From Gemmatimonadota bacterium (lineage in GTDB: Bacteria; Latescibacterota; UBA2968; UBA8231), in NCBI GenBank assembly GCA_038128265.1, contig JAYPJE010000005.1:1-64000 (forward strand): a stretch of DNA of 64,000 bases, given 5' to 3'. This document shows, one piece after another, positions 1-9,411 of the stretch (position 1 is the stretch's first letter; each line of letters starts with the position of its first letter). The translations under genes were made by a program, and so were the position numbers. The notes beneath the pieces were generated by a model that ran no database searches, was not told where the DNA came from, and saw nothing but the letters and a program-made list of their open reading frames with translations.

Positions 1-137
1 GCTACATGGATGAAAAGACCGATTGGGCACAGGTGCGATCGGCGCACATACCCGTCTTGCAAAAGCCGTTGGCTGTCACCGACCTACTCGACCAAGTCAA
101 CCATGCGCTCTCTACGAGCAAGGGGGATGTGCCCTAA
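1..137 (+). CDS. 3' end of a receiver (REC) domain protein, probably a hybrid sensor kinase or response regulator (partial at window edge)
   Basis: Manual translation from nt 3: YMDEKTDWAQVRSAHIPVLQKPLAVTDLLDQVNHALSTSKGDVP*. The LQKP...LL..V..AL pattern is the typical end of a REC domain. Not in the ORF track. Confidence 0.7.
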   Translation, partial: YMDEKTDWAQVRSAHIPVLQKPLAVTDLLDQVNHALSTSKGDVP

Positions 138-175
138 CGCACCCCCCCTTCACACGGTACACACCGTCCACCCCT

Positions 176-511
176 CTACATCACCCGCTCTACAGCGGCG
201 CAGATGTGCGCTCTCGCCGTGCCGCCGGCAAAGCGCTCTACGACTTTGCCGTCTTTCAGCAATAGAAGCGTTGGCACAGTGAGCACTCGATAACGCGCTG
301 CGAGTTCGGGGTGGTCGTCGACATCGACGTGCCGCAGCGCTAGACACCGACCATAGCGCTCTGCAAGCGCTTCACTCAACGTCCATGTCACCTGACAAAC
401 GTCACACCAGGAGGCGCAAAAATCAAGCAAGCAAACTCCTCTGTCTTCCACGTCCTCGTGCACCTCTATCACATCATCTGCTCTGCTCAATTCCTCGACG
501 AACCCTGTCAT
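176..511 (-). CDS. Thioredoxin family protein (atypical WCDVC active site)
   Basis: LLDFCASWCDVC, VDVDDHPELAARYRVLTVPTLLLLKDGKVVERFAG match the thioredoxin fold; RBS-like GGGGAG upstream. Confidence 0.9.
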   Translation of the reverse strand: MTGFVEELSRADDVIEVHEDVEDRGVCLLDFCASWCDVCQVTWTLSEALAERYGRCLALRHVDVDDHPELAARYRVLTVPTLLLLKDGKVVERFAGGTARAHICAAVERVM

Positions 512-547
512 GGCCTCTATCTCCCCGCTCTATTCACACAGAGGTCG

Positions 548-562
548 GCAAAAATTGTACCA
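548..562 (-). promoter_or_regulatory. sigma54 -24/-12 promoter of the thioredoxin gene
   Basis: Minus strand reads TGGTACAATTTTTGC (GG-N10-GC), about 37 nt upstream of the start codon. Confidence 0.7.
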
Positions 563-613
563 CAGACGGACTCCCTCCACAGAAGGCCATTGGGCACATT
601 CGCGCGCGCCAGT

Positions 614-662
614 TGAGACCCTCTGGTCTCGACCAAGCCCTCTTTGAGACCGTGAAGTCTCA
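614..662. promoter_or_regulatory. Tandem palindromic enhancer-like sites
   Basis: TGAGAC-CCTCTG-GTCTCG (614-631) and TGAGAC-CGTGAA-GTCTCA (645-662), 31 bp apart. Confidence 0.7.
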
Positions 663-736
663 AAACAGGCGGGCATCAAACCCTACGCAGACGAGTAGGT
701 TGAGCGTGCATTTTTTTGAGAAAGAGAAGAACTGAT

Positions 737-898
737 GTGGACAGCGATAGCGTGCAGCGATACGCTGACGCCATAGGCGCACATCGCTTTTTTCGCGGTT
801 TGGAAAGAGACGACCTACACCTGTTGGCCTCCTGCACAGAAGACAGAGCGTATGCCGGCGACGCCTATTTAGGACGCTAGGATGAGCGCGCCGAGTGA
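737..898 (+). pseudogene. Remnant of a cyclic-nucleotide-binding (Crp/cNMP) domain gene
   Basis: GTG at 737 gives VDSDSVQRYADAIGAHRFFRGLERDDLHLLASCTEDRAYAGDAYLGR*DERAE*. This resembles the cNMP N-terminal pattern (HPFF.GL....L..LA.C....F..G..IFREGE.AD). In-frame TAG at 878-880 and TGA at 896-898. Confidence 0.55.
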
Positions 899-1064
899 AT
901 GCCGCTACTGGCGGCCAAGTCACAGCGCACGCGACCGTTCAAAATGGCAATCCAGCGCAGCGGTAAACGCATGGAATGCGATGTGCTGAGTTTGACGCTT
1001 GGCACAACTTTGAGCGAATCGAGGTCAATATCGGGCTGGTAAAAGCGGTTGGATAGCACGAGCG

Positions 1065-1100
1065 CATGGTGCGCCGACCCAATCCAACCGGCGCACCATG
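1065..1100. terminator. Hairpin downstream of usp
   Basis: CATGGTGCGCCG ... CGGCGCACCATG 12-bp inverted repeat just past the usp stop; no clear U-tract. Confidence 0.5.
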
Positions 1101-1120
1101 AGTTCCCTTCCCGATCTGTT

Positions 1121-1582
1121 TTAGGGCAGCACAAATTCGTGTTCTGGATGCTTGATCGTCAGCACCGGACACGGCGCCATTTGCACGACTTTCTCAGCGA
1201 CGCTGCCGATGAGGGCATGTGCCAACCCCGTTCTGCCATGCGTTGCCAGAATGATCAAATCGACGTCTTCGCTGCGCGCATGGCGCACGATTTCTACGTG
1301 CGGCGATCCCATCAGCACCTGCACCTCGACAGGTGCATCGCCCAGTTCGGCGCGCATCGCTTCCATTGCTTCTACAGCGGCCTTCTTGCTGCTCTCGATT
1401 TGGCTTTCCACCATCCCGGGAAACTCCGCGCTGGCTACTGAACCAGCCCAGTGCATATCGACGACGTGTGCCAGTATGATTTTGGCGTCATACGCACGGG
1501 CAAACTCCGCGGCATAGGGCAACACGTGGCGCGCATACTCGGACAAATCCGTCGGTATGAGAATGTTCTTTAGGCGAATCAT
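1121..1582 (-). CDS. Universal stress protein (UspA family)
   Basis: KNILIPTDLSE...DLIILATHGRTGLAHALIGSVAEKVVQMAPCPVLTIK; GAGGAGG RBS. Confidence 0.96.
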   Translation of the reverse strand: MIRLKNILIPTDLSEYARHVLPYAAEFARAYDAKIILAHVVDMHWAGSVASAEFPGMVESQIESSKKAAVEAMEAMRAELGDAPVEVQVLMGSPHVEIVRHARSEDVDLIILATHGRTGLAHALIGSVAEKVVQMAPCPVLTIKHPEHEFVLP

Positions 1583-1625
1583 GGAATACCTCCTCGGATG
1601 AGTGCGCTGCGATCACCGAGTAGTT

Positions 1626-1641
1626 AGCAAACGCAGTGCCA
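1626..1641 (-). promoter_or_regulatory. sigma54 promoter of usp
   Basis: Minus strand TGGCACTGCGTTTGCT matches TGGCAC-N5-TTGCW. Confidence 0.85.
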
Positions 1642-1714
1642 CCCACCGATCGAATGATAAAGACCATCCATACGCTGTTTGGAGGGGCGAATAGACTGCG
1701 GCAGGCATTTCGAG

Positions 1715-1732
1715 TGGGACGCTTATGTCGCA
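1715..1732. promoter_or_regulatory. Enhancer-like palindrome upstream of the usp sigma54 promoter
   Basis: TGGGAC-GCTTAT-GTCGCA, about 74 bp upstream of the -24 element. Confidence 0.6.
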
Positions 1733-1839
1733 ACGAGCCAAGCAGGCCCGCTCAACGTCGTATTGCCCGCAGCCGGCACAGCCCAGCTGAAGGCAACGCG
1801 CTGCGTATTCACGACGGCCGCCCGCATGGATTGTTAGTA

Positions 1840-1872
1840 TTGCTTGCTATGGGAAAGTTTTTTTATGATATT
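1840..1872 (+). promoter_or_regulatory. Probable sigma70 promoter of the cold-shock gene (long 5' UTR)
   Basis: TTGCTT-N18-TATGAT, or TTGCTA-N17-GATATT, in an AT-rich patch about 225 nt upstream of the ATG. Confidence 0.5.
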
Positions 1873-2097
1873 AGTCTATCATATGCCTCTGCAATACGTG
1901 CAGAAGCTTAAACCGTGGTAGAGTCGTTCGGATTCAGTAGATTCCTGCCTGGCCCAAATGTAGTATCCTACCGAATGTAGTTTACTCCCGAAGTAATCCT
2001 ACGAAGTAGCTCCCTACAGTAAAGCCCGAAGCAGCCGTTCTCTCCTGTTCGAAACGCTCTGAGCTCACGTTCACCTGTCATCGAAAGGAAAATTACC

Positions 2098-2307
2098 ATG
2101 GCAGATCGCGAGACCGGAACCGTCAAGTGGTTCAACGATGCCAAGGGCTTTGGCTTTATCCAGCGCGAGAGCGGTGACGACGTATTCGTCCATCACTCCT
2201 CGATCCGCTCGGAGGGCTTCCGCTCTCTGTCCGAAGGACAGAAAGTAGAATTCAGCGTCGTTCAGGGCCAGAAAGGCCTGGCAGCTGAGGGCGTCGTAGC
2301 CGTATAA
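2098..2307 (+). CDS. cspA: Cold-shock protein (CspA family)
   Basis: [15 protein letters not shown] (RNP1) and DVFVHHS (RNP2); 69 aa. Confidence 0.97.
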   Translation: MADRETGTVKWFNDAKGFGFIQRESGDDVFVHHSSIRSEGFRSLSEGQKVEFSVVQGQKGLAAEGVVAV

Positions 2308-2329
2308 GCAGCTACTTGTCGCAATAATA

Positions 2330-2365
2330 AAAAGGGCCTCGCACCGTTTGGTGCGAGGCCCTTTT
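2330..2365. terminator. Bidirectional intrinsic terminator between convergent csp and nitronate monooxygenase genes
   Basis: AAAAGGGCCTCGCACC-GTTT-GGTGCGAGGCCCTTTT. Confidence 0.9.
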
Positions 2366-2381
2366 GCGTAGTCGTCGGCGT

Positions 2382-3800
2382 TTAGTCCGCGTTCTGTTCC
2401 AACAGGTATTGGATTACATCGGACGCGTGATAGCTCTGTCGCTCATCGCCGAGGAAGCGGATGACAGCGGGCAGATCGTCACCGGCCGTAAAAAGCGGCT
2501 TTTCCACATAGCCGCTGGGGCGGCGCTGCGGCAAACCGATATTGGCCATCAGCGCATTGCACAGGCACTTGCGCCCCTCCGTATCTTCGCAGGCCCCCCC
2601 CTTTTTGACGTAGCTGGCTACGGGCTCGGAAGCGCAGCGGTAACCGATCTTACCGTCGTCGCGCCGGTATACCGTGCGCAAATAGCCCAAGTTGCACACG
2701 CGCGGCCGCTCCTCGTACGAATCGCGCTCGGCCAGCGTTTCGGGCATCTGCACTACTTTGAAGGGAAAACCCGTGGGCGAGGCAATCGGATCGGTAAACA
2801 CGCCCAGCGTGCCCTCGCGCACCTGGCGCAGCGCTTCGGCGCGAAATTCGGGGTCGATGCCAGATTCTTCGCAGAAGGCGAACGCCGTGCCCACCTGAAT
2901 GCCCTGGCCGCCCACTTCCAACACCTCGCGCAATCGCCGCGGATAGGCGAAGGAACCAGCCACCCAAAAGGGCTTGCCCAACGCGGCGATTTTTACCAGG
3001 TCGACTTCGTCGCGCGGCCCGTAAACCGGTTCGCCGTCCTCGTCCAGCTGCAATTTGCCGCGCGGTGGCGCGTTGTGTCCACCGGCCACCGGCAGTTCGA
3101 CGACAAAACCGTTGATTTCCCCAGTAGCGCGCTTGAGCAGCGCCTGACCAAGCGTCACAGAAGATATGATGGCGAGAAAATTGGGGCGTTTAAGCGCGTC
3201 CACTGCCATGCCGAACGCACTGGGATCAAAGCGCATCCACACGTCTTCGCCCTCCCCGTCGACGGATAGCTTGAGCTGCGCCTGGTCGCCGCGCGCCAGC
3301 GCGTCCAGCACGCCGGGAATTTCGCGCGGAATGCCCGCCCCCATTATGACGTAGTCGACCCCGGCCAGCATCGCACCAAAAATCGATACGACGTTGGGCA
3401 TTTGGATTTTCTCGAGGTAGTTGATACCTACCTGACCGTCATGCCCTTCGCCGGCGAGGAACACCTCGACAAAGTTGGCTACGACCGTTAGTTCGACCAG
3501 CGCCGGCTCTGGCTCTACCGTAAACATCGGCACGACCGCAAAAGCCTTATCCGCATCCTTACCCCCTTCGAGGTAGTAGCGATCCAAGACGCGTTGGGCG
3601 ACATCGGGAAAGGGAAAGTGCTGCATGGCGCGACGCACGTGTCCTCCAGGATCGCCCTGCTGCAGACGGCGAGCGCACACATTATCGAGCGAGGTGCCCG
3701 AAACGACGCCCAGCTGGCCCTGTTGCGAAACGTGCTTGGCCAGGTTCCAATTCGACACGCCGATACCCATGCCGCCCTGTATGATCTGCGGATAGTCCAT
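2382..3800 (-). CDS. Nitronate monooxygenase / 2-nitropropane dioxygenase family flavoprotein
   Basis: PQIIQGGMGIGVS, VVELPVAGGHNAPPRG and GIQVGTAFAFCEESG motifs; Cys-rich C-terminus. Confidence 0.85.
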   Translation of the reverse strand: MDYPQIIQGGMGIGVSNWNLAKHVSQQGQLGVVSGTSLDNVCARRLQQGDPGGHVRRAMQHFPFPDVAQRVLDRYYLEGGKDADKAFAVVPMFTVEPEPALVELTVVANFVEVFLAGEGHDGQVGINYLEKIQMPNVVSIFGAMLAGVDYVIMGAGIPREIPGVLDALARGDQAQLKLSVDGEGEDVWMRFDPSAFGMAVDALKRPNFLAIISSVTLGQALLKRATGEINGFVVELPVAGGHNAPPRGKLQLDEDGEPVYGPRDEVDLVKIAALGKPFWVAGSFAYPRRLREVLEVGGQGIQVGTAFAFCEESGIDPEFRAEALRQVREGTLGVFTDPIASPTGFPFKVVQMPETLAERDSYEERPRVCNLGYLRTVYRRDDGKIGYRCASEPVASYVKKGGACEDTEGRKCLCNALMANIGLPQRRPSGYVEKPLFTAGDDLPAVIRFLGDERQSYHASDVIQYLLEQNAD

Positions 3801-4205
3801 GTTTCTCCTTTTTTACCTACTGCCACAACCAACGCCCGAGGACGCCTAACAAGGCAATCGCGAGCTACTCAAGCATAGTGCATAATCGCACAAAAAGCGA
3901 GATCCTTTGTCCCGTTGAGGATGCCGAAGCGACCCCACTAATAAATGAATGCGCGTCGCTCCTGAAAACCCTGCAGTGGCCTTTTGCCAACCCAAGGGCC
4001 CAATGCCGCGTGCACGCAACCGCCTATTTGCCGCGTGCCGCGCCCTGTAATTACCCAATCCGGCAGCCAATCGCATAAGCCGTAGATCTCAATGGCTACC
4101 ACCGGCCGCGCGCACCGCCTTGCTGCGTGGCCACATAACGACGCCGGTTCCCATAGCGGCGCAAAATGCCTAAGTTAGGCCCTCAACCTTTGGCACAGGA
4201 CGCAC

Positions 4206-4799
4206 ATGGATACTCGATTTCGCACCATCCTACTCTTTGGTGCCCCCGGTTCAGGCAAGGGCACGCAGGGCAAAATACTCGGCCAGGTCCCGGGATTTTT
4301 CCACCTTTCTTGCGGCGATGTGTTTCGGGCCCTGCGCCCGGAAAGCGAATTGGGACGGACGTTTTTGCAGTATTCCAGCCACGGCAAGCTGGTACCCGAC
4401 GACCTGACGGTGCGACTCTGGCAGGCGCACGCACGCCGCCTGGTCGATGCCGGTGAGTTTTCACCCGAGCACGAAGTGCTCGTGCTCGACGGCATTCCGC
4501 GCAACGTTTCGCAGGCCGAACTCATGCGCGAACACATCGACGTAATTCAGCTCATCCACTTGGAGACGCACGATCAGGAAACGATGATAGCCCGCCTAAA
4601 CCGGCGCGCACTGCATGAGAACCGACTAGACGACACCAACGAAGCGGTCATTCGACGGCGCTTTGACGAATACGAGCGCGAAACCGCACCCGTCCTCAGA
4701 TACTATCCCCGTGATCTCATCTTTACCGTCGATGCCGGCCAGGGCCCCATGGACGTCTTGAAACACATCGTGGCACAGGTTGCGACCATGGCGATATAA
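4206..4799 (+). CDS. adk: Adenylate kinase family NMP kinase (short-LID type)
   Basis: P-loop GAPGSGKGTQ; HLSCGDVFR, GKLVPDD, LDGIPR, RLDDTNEAVIRRR. Confidence 0.85.
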   Translation: MDTRFRTILLFGAPGSGKGTQGKILGQVPGFFHLSCGDVFRALRPESELGRTFLQYSSHGKLVPDDLTVRLWQAHARRLVDAGEFSPEHEVLVLDGIPRNVSQAELMREHIDVIQLIHLETHDQETMIARLNRRALHENRLDDTNEAVIRRRFDEYERETAPVLRYYPRDLIFTVDAGQGPMDVLKHIVAQVATMAI

Positions 4800-4945
4800 G
4801 GTAAGGGGAACCCACTGCGCCACCCAAACATCTCCAACGAAAAGCGCGGGCATTGCCATGATCCCCTGCGAGGACTAAACTACAGACGCAGACCTCGAAG
4901 CACCGCGCGCAGCGGCAAAAGCAGGTCTAACCCGAACGGCTTATC

Positions 4946-6055
4946 GTGAGCACGCACGTCCCCGACAGAAATTCGCAAAAGACCAGAGGCTACTTTCTGC
5001 TCGCGCTGCTGGTGGGCACCGGCGTGGTGCTCTTTGAGATGACAAAGCTCTTTCTGGTCCCCGTAGTCCTGGCCGCTACCTTTGCCGGCCTGTTCTATCC
5101 CCTCTACACCAAGCTACTGCACTGGACGCGCGGCCGCGACGGACTCAGCGCGCTGACATGCTGTGTTGCGCTGCTGCTGGGCCTGCTCGTACCGGCGTAT
5201 GTCGTAACCGACCTAGTGCTGCAGGAATCCCTCAACATATACAAATCGGCAGGGCGATGGACGACGAGTTTTCTCAGCGGCAGCAGCGGCATCAACCTGC
5301 AGGAAAAACTAGACCAATTTGAGCTGCTGCGCAGCCTCGACTTGAATCACCTAGACTGGCAACAGCCCTTACAGGATGCCCTCAAAACGACGGCGGGATG
5401 GGCTACCAGCTTTATCAATACCACCTCGCGCGGCACGCTGCAGCTGGTAGCCAATCTATTTATAACGCTTTTCACCATGTTCTACTTTTTCCGCGATGGC
5501 CCGCTGCTGCTGCGTCGTCTGCACGAACTGAGCCCGCTCGATCCGCGCTACGGACGCGGCCTAATCGAGCGCTTTGCATCCGTTTCGCGCGCCACGATTA
5601 AGGGTACGCTCTTTATCGGTCTCATTCAGGGAACGCTGGGCGGCCTAACCCTGTGGGCTTTTGGCTTCAGCTCACCGGCACTGTGGGGCGTCGTCATGGT
5701 CATCCTGTCGATCATCCCGCTCGTCGGAACCTGGATGGTGCTCTATCCGGCCGGCATATTTGAAATACTCAGCGGCAACCCGTGGTCGGGTATTGCCATT
5801 GTCCTCATCACCGCGCTGATTATCAGCAGCGTCGACAATATACTGCGCCCCTATCTGGTCGGACGCGATACCGGCATGCACGATCTGCTGGTATTCTTCT
5901 CGACGCTGGGCGGCCTAAGCGTATTTGGCGTGATGGGCTTTATCATTGGCCCCGTGCTAGCGGCTCTCTTTGTCGCCCTGCTCGAATTCTATAGTTTGGG
6001 CTATAACCAGCCGCAGGAAAGCGCAGAGCGCGCTGGCGCGGAAGCAGCTACCTAG
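4946..6055 (+). CDS. AI-2E family (PerM/TqsA) transporter
   Basis: Multi-TM protein with FYFFRDG, SIIPLVG, DNILRP and STLGGLSVFGVMGFIIGP. Confidence 0.92.
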   Translation: MSTHVPDRNSQKTRGYFLLALLVGTGVVLFEMTKLFLVPVVLAATFAGLFYPLYTKLLHWTRGRDGLSALTCCVALLLGLLVPAYVVTDLVLQESLNIYKSAGRWTTSFLSGSSGINLQEKLDQFELLRSLDLNHLDWQQPLQDALKTTAGWATSFINTTSRGTLQLVANLFITLFTMFYFFRDGPLLLRRLHELSPLDPRYGRGLIERFASVSRATIKGTLFIGLIQGTLGGLTLWAFGFSSPALWGVVMVILSIIPLVGTWMVLYPAGIFEILSGNPWSGIAIVLITALIISSVDNILRPYLVGRDTGMHDLLVFFSTLGGLSVFGVMGFIIGPVLAALFVALLEFYSLGYNQPQESAERAGAEAAT

Positions 6056-6108
6056 GCCTACCGTTGGCTACACCCTACGCAATGACCACTCCAAACAGCG
6101 AGGTTTTT

Positions 6109-6693
6109 ATGAAGATAAAACACGTGCTTTTTGCCACACTCATTGCCCTCTTCGCGCGCGGCGCGGCCACCGCGGAATCGCCCGCCGGCATGGTGCTCTA
6201 TTTCGAATCTGGCGGCGAAGTTTACCTACTGCTGGCCGAACACGCCGGCAGCCAGCGCGGCTGGGCTGCTTTTGGCGGCGGCGACCGCGAGGGCGAAACC
6301 ATGCTGCAGACGGCAGCGCACAAAACGCACGAAGAGACGCGCGGCTACTTTGCTCGCACCGACTTAGAGGCCAAGGCGAAGGGGCAGAAGCCGCTGATGG
6401 ACGGTTCGTATGCCACCTACTTTGCCCAGGTCGACTTTGTGCCCGCACAGCGCGTGATGAACAATCCGGTGCCGGAAGAGAGCGATGCCTTTGACGAGCG
6501 CAGCACCTTTGCTTGGATACCCTATTCCGCAGTTGCCGGTTATCTGAACGCCGATATCGAGCGGGGCAAGAAGTATCCGATCAATCCAGCGCTGCTGCCG
6601 GCCGGCAGCGAAACCGGCTGGTTTTGGCCGATCTGGTTAAACAATATGCGCAAGGGCGTGGTAGAAGGTTCGCTGCCCTGGCTAAAGAAGTAG
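6109..6693 (+). CDS. Exported Nudix-like protein
   Basis: Signal peptide MKIKHVLFATLIALFARGAATA; degenerate Nudix box FGGGDREGETMLQTAAHKTHEETRG; GAGG RBS before the ATG at 6109. Confidence 0.65.
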   Translation: MKIKHVLFATLIALFARGAATAESPAGMVLYFESGGEVYLLLAEHAGSQRGWAAFGGGDREGETMLQTAAHKTHEETRGYFARTDLEAKAKGQKPLMDGSYATYFAQVDFVPAQRVMNNPVPEESDAFDERSTFAWIPYSAVAGYLNADIERGKKYPINPALLPAGSETGWFWPIWLNNMRKGVVEGSLPWLKK

Positions 6694-6703
6694 ACCAACG
6701 TGC

Positions 6704-6736
6704 AGAGGGGTTCGGCCAACCGCGCCGAACCCCTCC
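6704..6736. terminator. Hairpin between convergent Nudix-like gene and pckA
   Basis: GAGGGGTTCGGC-N7-GCCGAACCCCTC. Confidence 0.7.
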
Positions 6737-6760
6737 TTGCCTAGTGCACGCATCGCACCG

Positions 6761-8344
6761 CTATACCGGCCCTGCCGCCGCAATTTCCCCACGGGTCTCG
6801 GCGGCGAATTTCTCGAAGTTTTTCTTGAACAAATCAGCCAGCTGAGTGGCTTTCTCTTCGTAGGCCGTGCGGTCGGACCACGCCGTTTGCGGGACGAGCA
6901 CCTGTGAGGGGACGCCCGGGCAGGCCCCGATCGCCTCAAAGCCAAAGCGCGCATCGCGCACGGTTTCGGCATCGTCGAGAACCCCGTCGTGGATGGCATC
7001 AATAATTGCGCGCGTATGCGCCAGCGCGATGCGCTGCCCGACGCCGTAGCCACCGCCCGTCCAACCCGTATTGACCAGCCATACGCGCGCCTCGTGCTGG
7101 CGAATCTTCTCTGCCAAAAGCTCGGCATATACGCTTGGATGCCATACCATAAACGCAGCGCCGAAGCAGGCGGAAAACGTCGCCTCGGGCTCGGTAACGC
7201 CCATCTCCGTACCCGCGACTTTGGCCGTATAGCCGCTGATAAAGTGATACATGGCCTGCGCCGGGCTCAGGCGACTGACCGGCGGCAGCACGCCAAAGGC
7301 ATCGCAGGTGAGAAAGATGATATTGCGCGGATGTTCACCGACGCAGGGAATAGCCGCGTTGGGAATAAAATCGATGGGATACGCCGCGCGCGTATTCTCC
7401 GTCAGCGACCCATCGGCATAGTCTACGTCGCGCGACTGCTCGTCGTAGACGACGTTTTCCAGCACCGAACCAAAGCGAATGGCTTGGTAAATCTCGGGCT
7501 CCTTTTCCGCAGATAGGTCGATGCACTTGGCGTAGCATCCACCTTCTATATTGAAAATGCCCTCATCGCTCCACACGTGCTCGTCGTCGCCAATAAGCTG
7601 GCGGCGCGGGTCGGCCGATAGAGTAGTTTTGCCCGTCCCCGATAGGCCGAAGAACAGCGCCACGTCACCTGCGGCGCTGCGATTGGCCGAACAGTGCATG
7701 GAGAGCTGTCCGCGCTTGGGCATCAGGTAGTTCATGACCGTGAAGATGCCCTTCTTCATCTCTCCGGCGTACTCCGTACCGAGAATGACCATCTCGCGGC
7801 GCTCAAAGCTTAGGTCAACGCTCGTCGTAGACGTCATTTCCGAAGTGTAGCGATTGGCCGGAAACCGCCCGGCGTTGTAAATGGTAAAGTCCGGTTCGCC
7901 AAACTCAGCCAGTTCATCGGGCGTCGGACGAATGAGCATATTGTGCATAAAGAGCGCGTGATACGCCCTCGAACAGATGATGCGTATTTTCAGGCGATAC
8001 TTCGGGTCCCAGCCGGCAAAGCCATCCACCACGTAGAGGCGCTCGCAGGTATTCAGATAGTCTATCGCACGCTCGTGATTGATCATGAACGTGTGCTCTT
8101 GCAGCTTGATATTGACCGACCCCCACCAAATATCTCCGCTGGTATCGGGATGGTCGACAATGCGTTTATCGCCAGGGCTGCGGCCGGTCTTTGCGCCGGA
8201 CGACACCACGAGAGCACCGGCATTTGAAATGGCGGATCCCCTCTCATAGCGCAGCCCTTCTTCGTAGAGCTTGGCCGGCGCAATATTGCGCCACGTGCGC
8301 TCGACGTGTATCTGGTGCTCGCTGAGATCTATGCGCTCTTCCAT
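6761..8344 (-). CDS. pckA: Phosphoenolpyruvate carboxykinase (ATP)
   Basis: [51 protein letters not shown]. Start set at MEERID (8344). Confidence 0.97.
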   Translation of the reverse strand: MEERIDLSEHQIHVERTWRNIAPAKLYEEGLRYERGSAISNAGALVVSSGAKTGRSPGDKRIVDHPDTSGDIWWGSVNIKLQEHTFMINHERAIDYLNTCERLYVVDGFAGWDPKYRLKIRIICSRAYHALFMHNMLIRPTPDELAEFGEPDFTIYNAGRFPANRYTSEMTSTTSVDLSFERREMVILGTEYAGEMKKGIFTVMNYLMPKRGQLSMHCSANRSAAGDVALFFGLSGTGKTTLSADPRRQLIGDDEHVWSDEGIFNIEGGCYAKCIDLSAEKEPEIYQAIRFGSVLENVVYDEQSRDVDYADGSLTENTRAAYPIDFIPNAAIPCVGEHPRNIIFLTCDAFGVLPPVSRLSPAQAMYHFISGYTAKVAGTEMGVTEPEATFSACFGAAFMVWHPSVYAELLAEKIRQHEARVWLVNTGWTGGGYGVGQRIALAHTRAIIDAIHDGVLDDAETVRDARFGFEAIGACPGVPSQVLVPQTAWSDRTAYEEKATQLADLFKKNFEKFAAETRGEIAAAGPV

Positions 8345-8408
8345 CGCTTCTCTCTCTGAATGCGGAACGGAAAACGGCGGGAGAACAGCTCTCCCGCCGC
8401 GCAAACAT

Positions 8409-8437
8409 AGTATATCGCTTTTGGAAGGGTGCGACAA
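8409..8437 (-). promoter_or_regulatory. sigma70 promoter of pckA
   Basis: Minus strand TTGTCG-N17-TATACT. Confidence 0.6.
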
Positions 8438-8453
8438 GAATCGCCCACGCGCG

Positions 8454-9302
8454 CTAGTTGCGGCAATATTCTATCAGCCGTGTGCCCTGTCGCGCGCGTA
8501 TTTTGTTCAAAGCGCAATCGCGAATTTGGCGAACGCGTTCGCGCGTGAGCCCCATGCTGAGACCAATCCGTTCCAGGCTGACTTGCGCGACGCCGCCCAG
8601 TCCGTAGTAGGCGTCCAATACGCGGCGCTCGCGCGCGCTTAGAGCGGCCAGCGACTCGTGCAAGAGCGCGCGCAGTTCGCGGCGCTCATAGTCTTCGTCA
8701 ATAGCGTTGTCCGCAGAGGGTAACAGATCGAGCGGAACGTCCTGCGGGTCGGCTCCCGCTGGTATATCGAGCGACACCTCACCCCAGCCCGACTCGATCG
8801 CATTGCGCATGCGATCGCGCACATAGCCCGTCTCCTTTGTCAGCTCATCGACGCTTGGAGCACGGCCCAATTGCTGTTCGAGCCTGCGCGTCGCCTTCTC
8901 GACGTGTTTCATATCGAGCAGTTGGTTTGATGGACGCCGCACGTCGCGCACCATGCTGTCCATCGCCTTGCACATGGCCTGACGTATCCACCATACGGCA
9001 TAGGTGATAAACTTGTGACCACGCTTCGCATCAAAACTAGAAACTGCGCGCATCAAACCCAAATTGCCCGCCGATATCAGTTCGCCTAGCGGCATGTCCG
9101 AACGGGCGTAATCGCGCGCCACCCGAACGACAAAGCGCAAATTAGCCGATACCAACGCCTGCATAGCCTCGTCGTCACCGGCATGCGCCCTCTCTACCAG
9201 CTGCGCTTCTTCTGCTCGACTCAGGGGCTCACAGCGACGGATGTCGCGCCAATAGGCCTGCAGGCTATCGGCCGTATTTCGATTGTTTGCTTGAGCTACC
9301 AT
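8454..9302 (-). CDS. Alternative sigma-70 factor (RpoD/RpoS-like, lacking region 1.1)
   Basis: [40 protein letters not shown]...[19 protein letters not shown] before the ATG at 9302. Confidence 0.93.
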   Translation of the reverse strand: MVAQANNRNTADSLQAYWRDIRRCEPLSRAEEAQLVERAHAGDDEAMQALVSANLRFVVRVARDYARSDMPLGELISAGNLGLMRAVSSFDAKRGHKFITYAVWWIRQAMCKAMDSMVRDVRRPSNQLLDMKHVEKATRRLEQQLGRAPSVDELTKETGYVRDRMRNAIESGWGEVSLDIPAGADPQDVPLDLLPSADNAIDEDYERRELRALLHESLAALSARERRVLDAYYGLGGVAQVSLERIGLSMGLTRERVRQIRDCALNKIRARQGTRLIEYCRN

Positions 9303-9333
9303 GTATAGGCCTCCTCTCGCTCCCAAATCGCCC

Positions 9334-9350
9334 TGCAAGCAGCATGCCAA
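9334..9350 (-). promoter_or_regulatory. sigma54 promoter of the sigma-70 factor gene
   Basis: Minus strand TTGGCATGCTGCTTGCA (GG-N10-GC, near consensus). Confidence 0.85.
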
Positions 9351-9411
9351 CTCACTTTCTGTTATAAAAGCCCGCTGGGAGATAAATCGATGGCGCCTAT
9401 GGCACTCGCAT

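Noticed and set aside
877..1134. 85-aa minus-strand ORF between usp and the cNMP remnant
   Set aside because: It spans the usp terminator hairpin and has no recognisable motif or RBS.
2364..3269. Long antisense or alternative-frame ORFs (e.g. 2364-3269, 22701-23516, 33801-34535, 46870-47571, 53678-54355)
   Set aside because: Shadow ORFs of GC-rich genes, with no motifs or RBS.
3801..4205. 400-bp divergent intergenic region searched for sigma54 elements, the enhancer dyad or a riboswitch
   Set aside because: Only partial matches with wrong spacing and no convincing structure.
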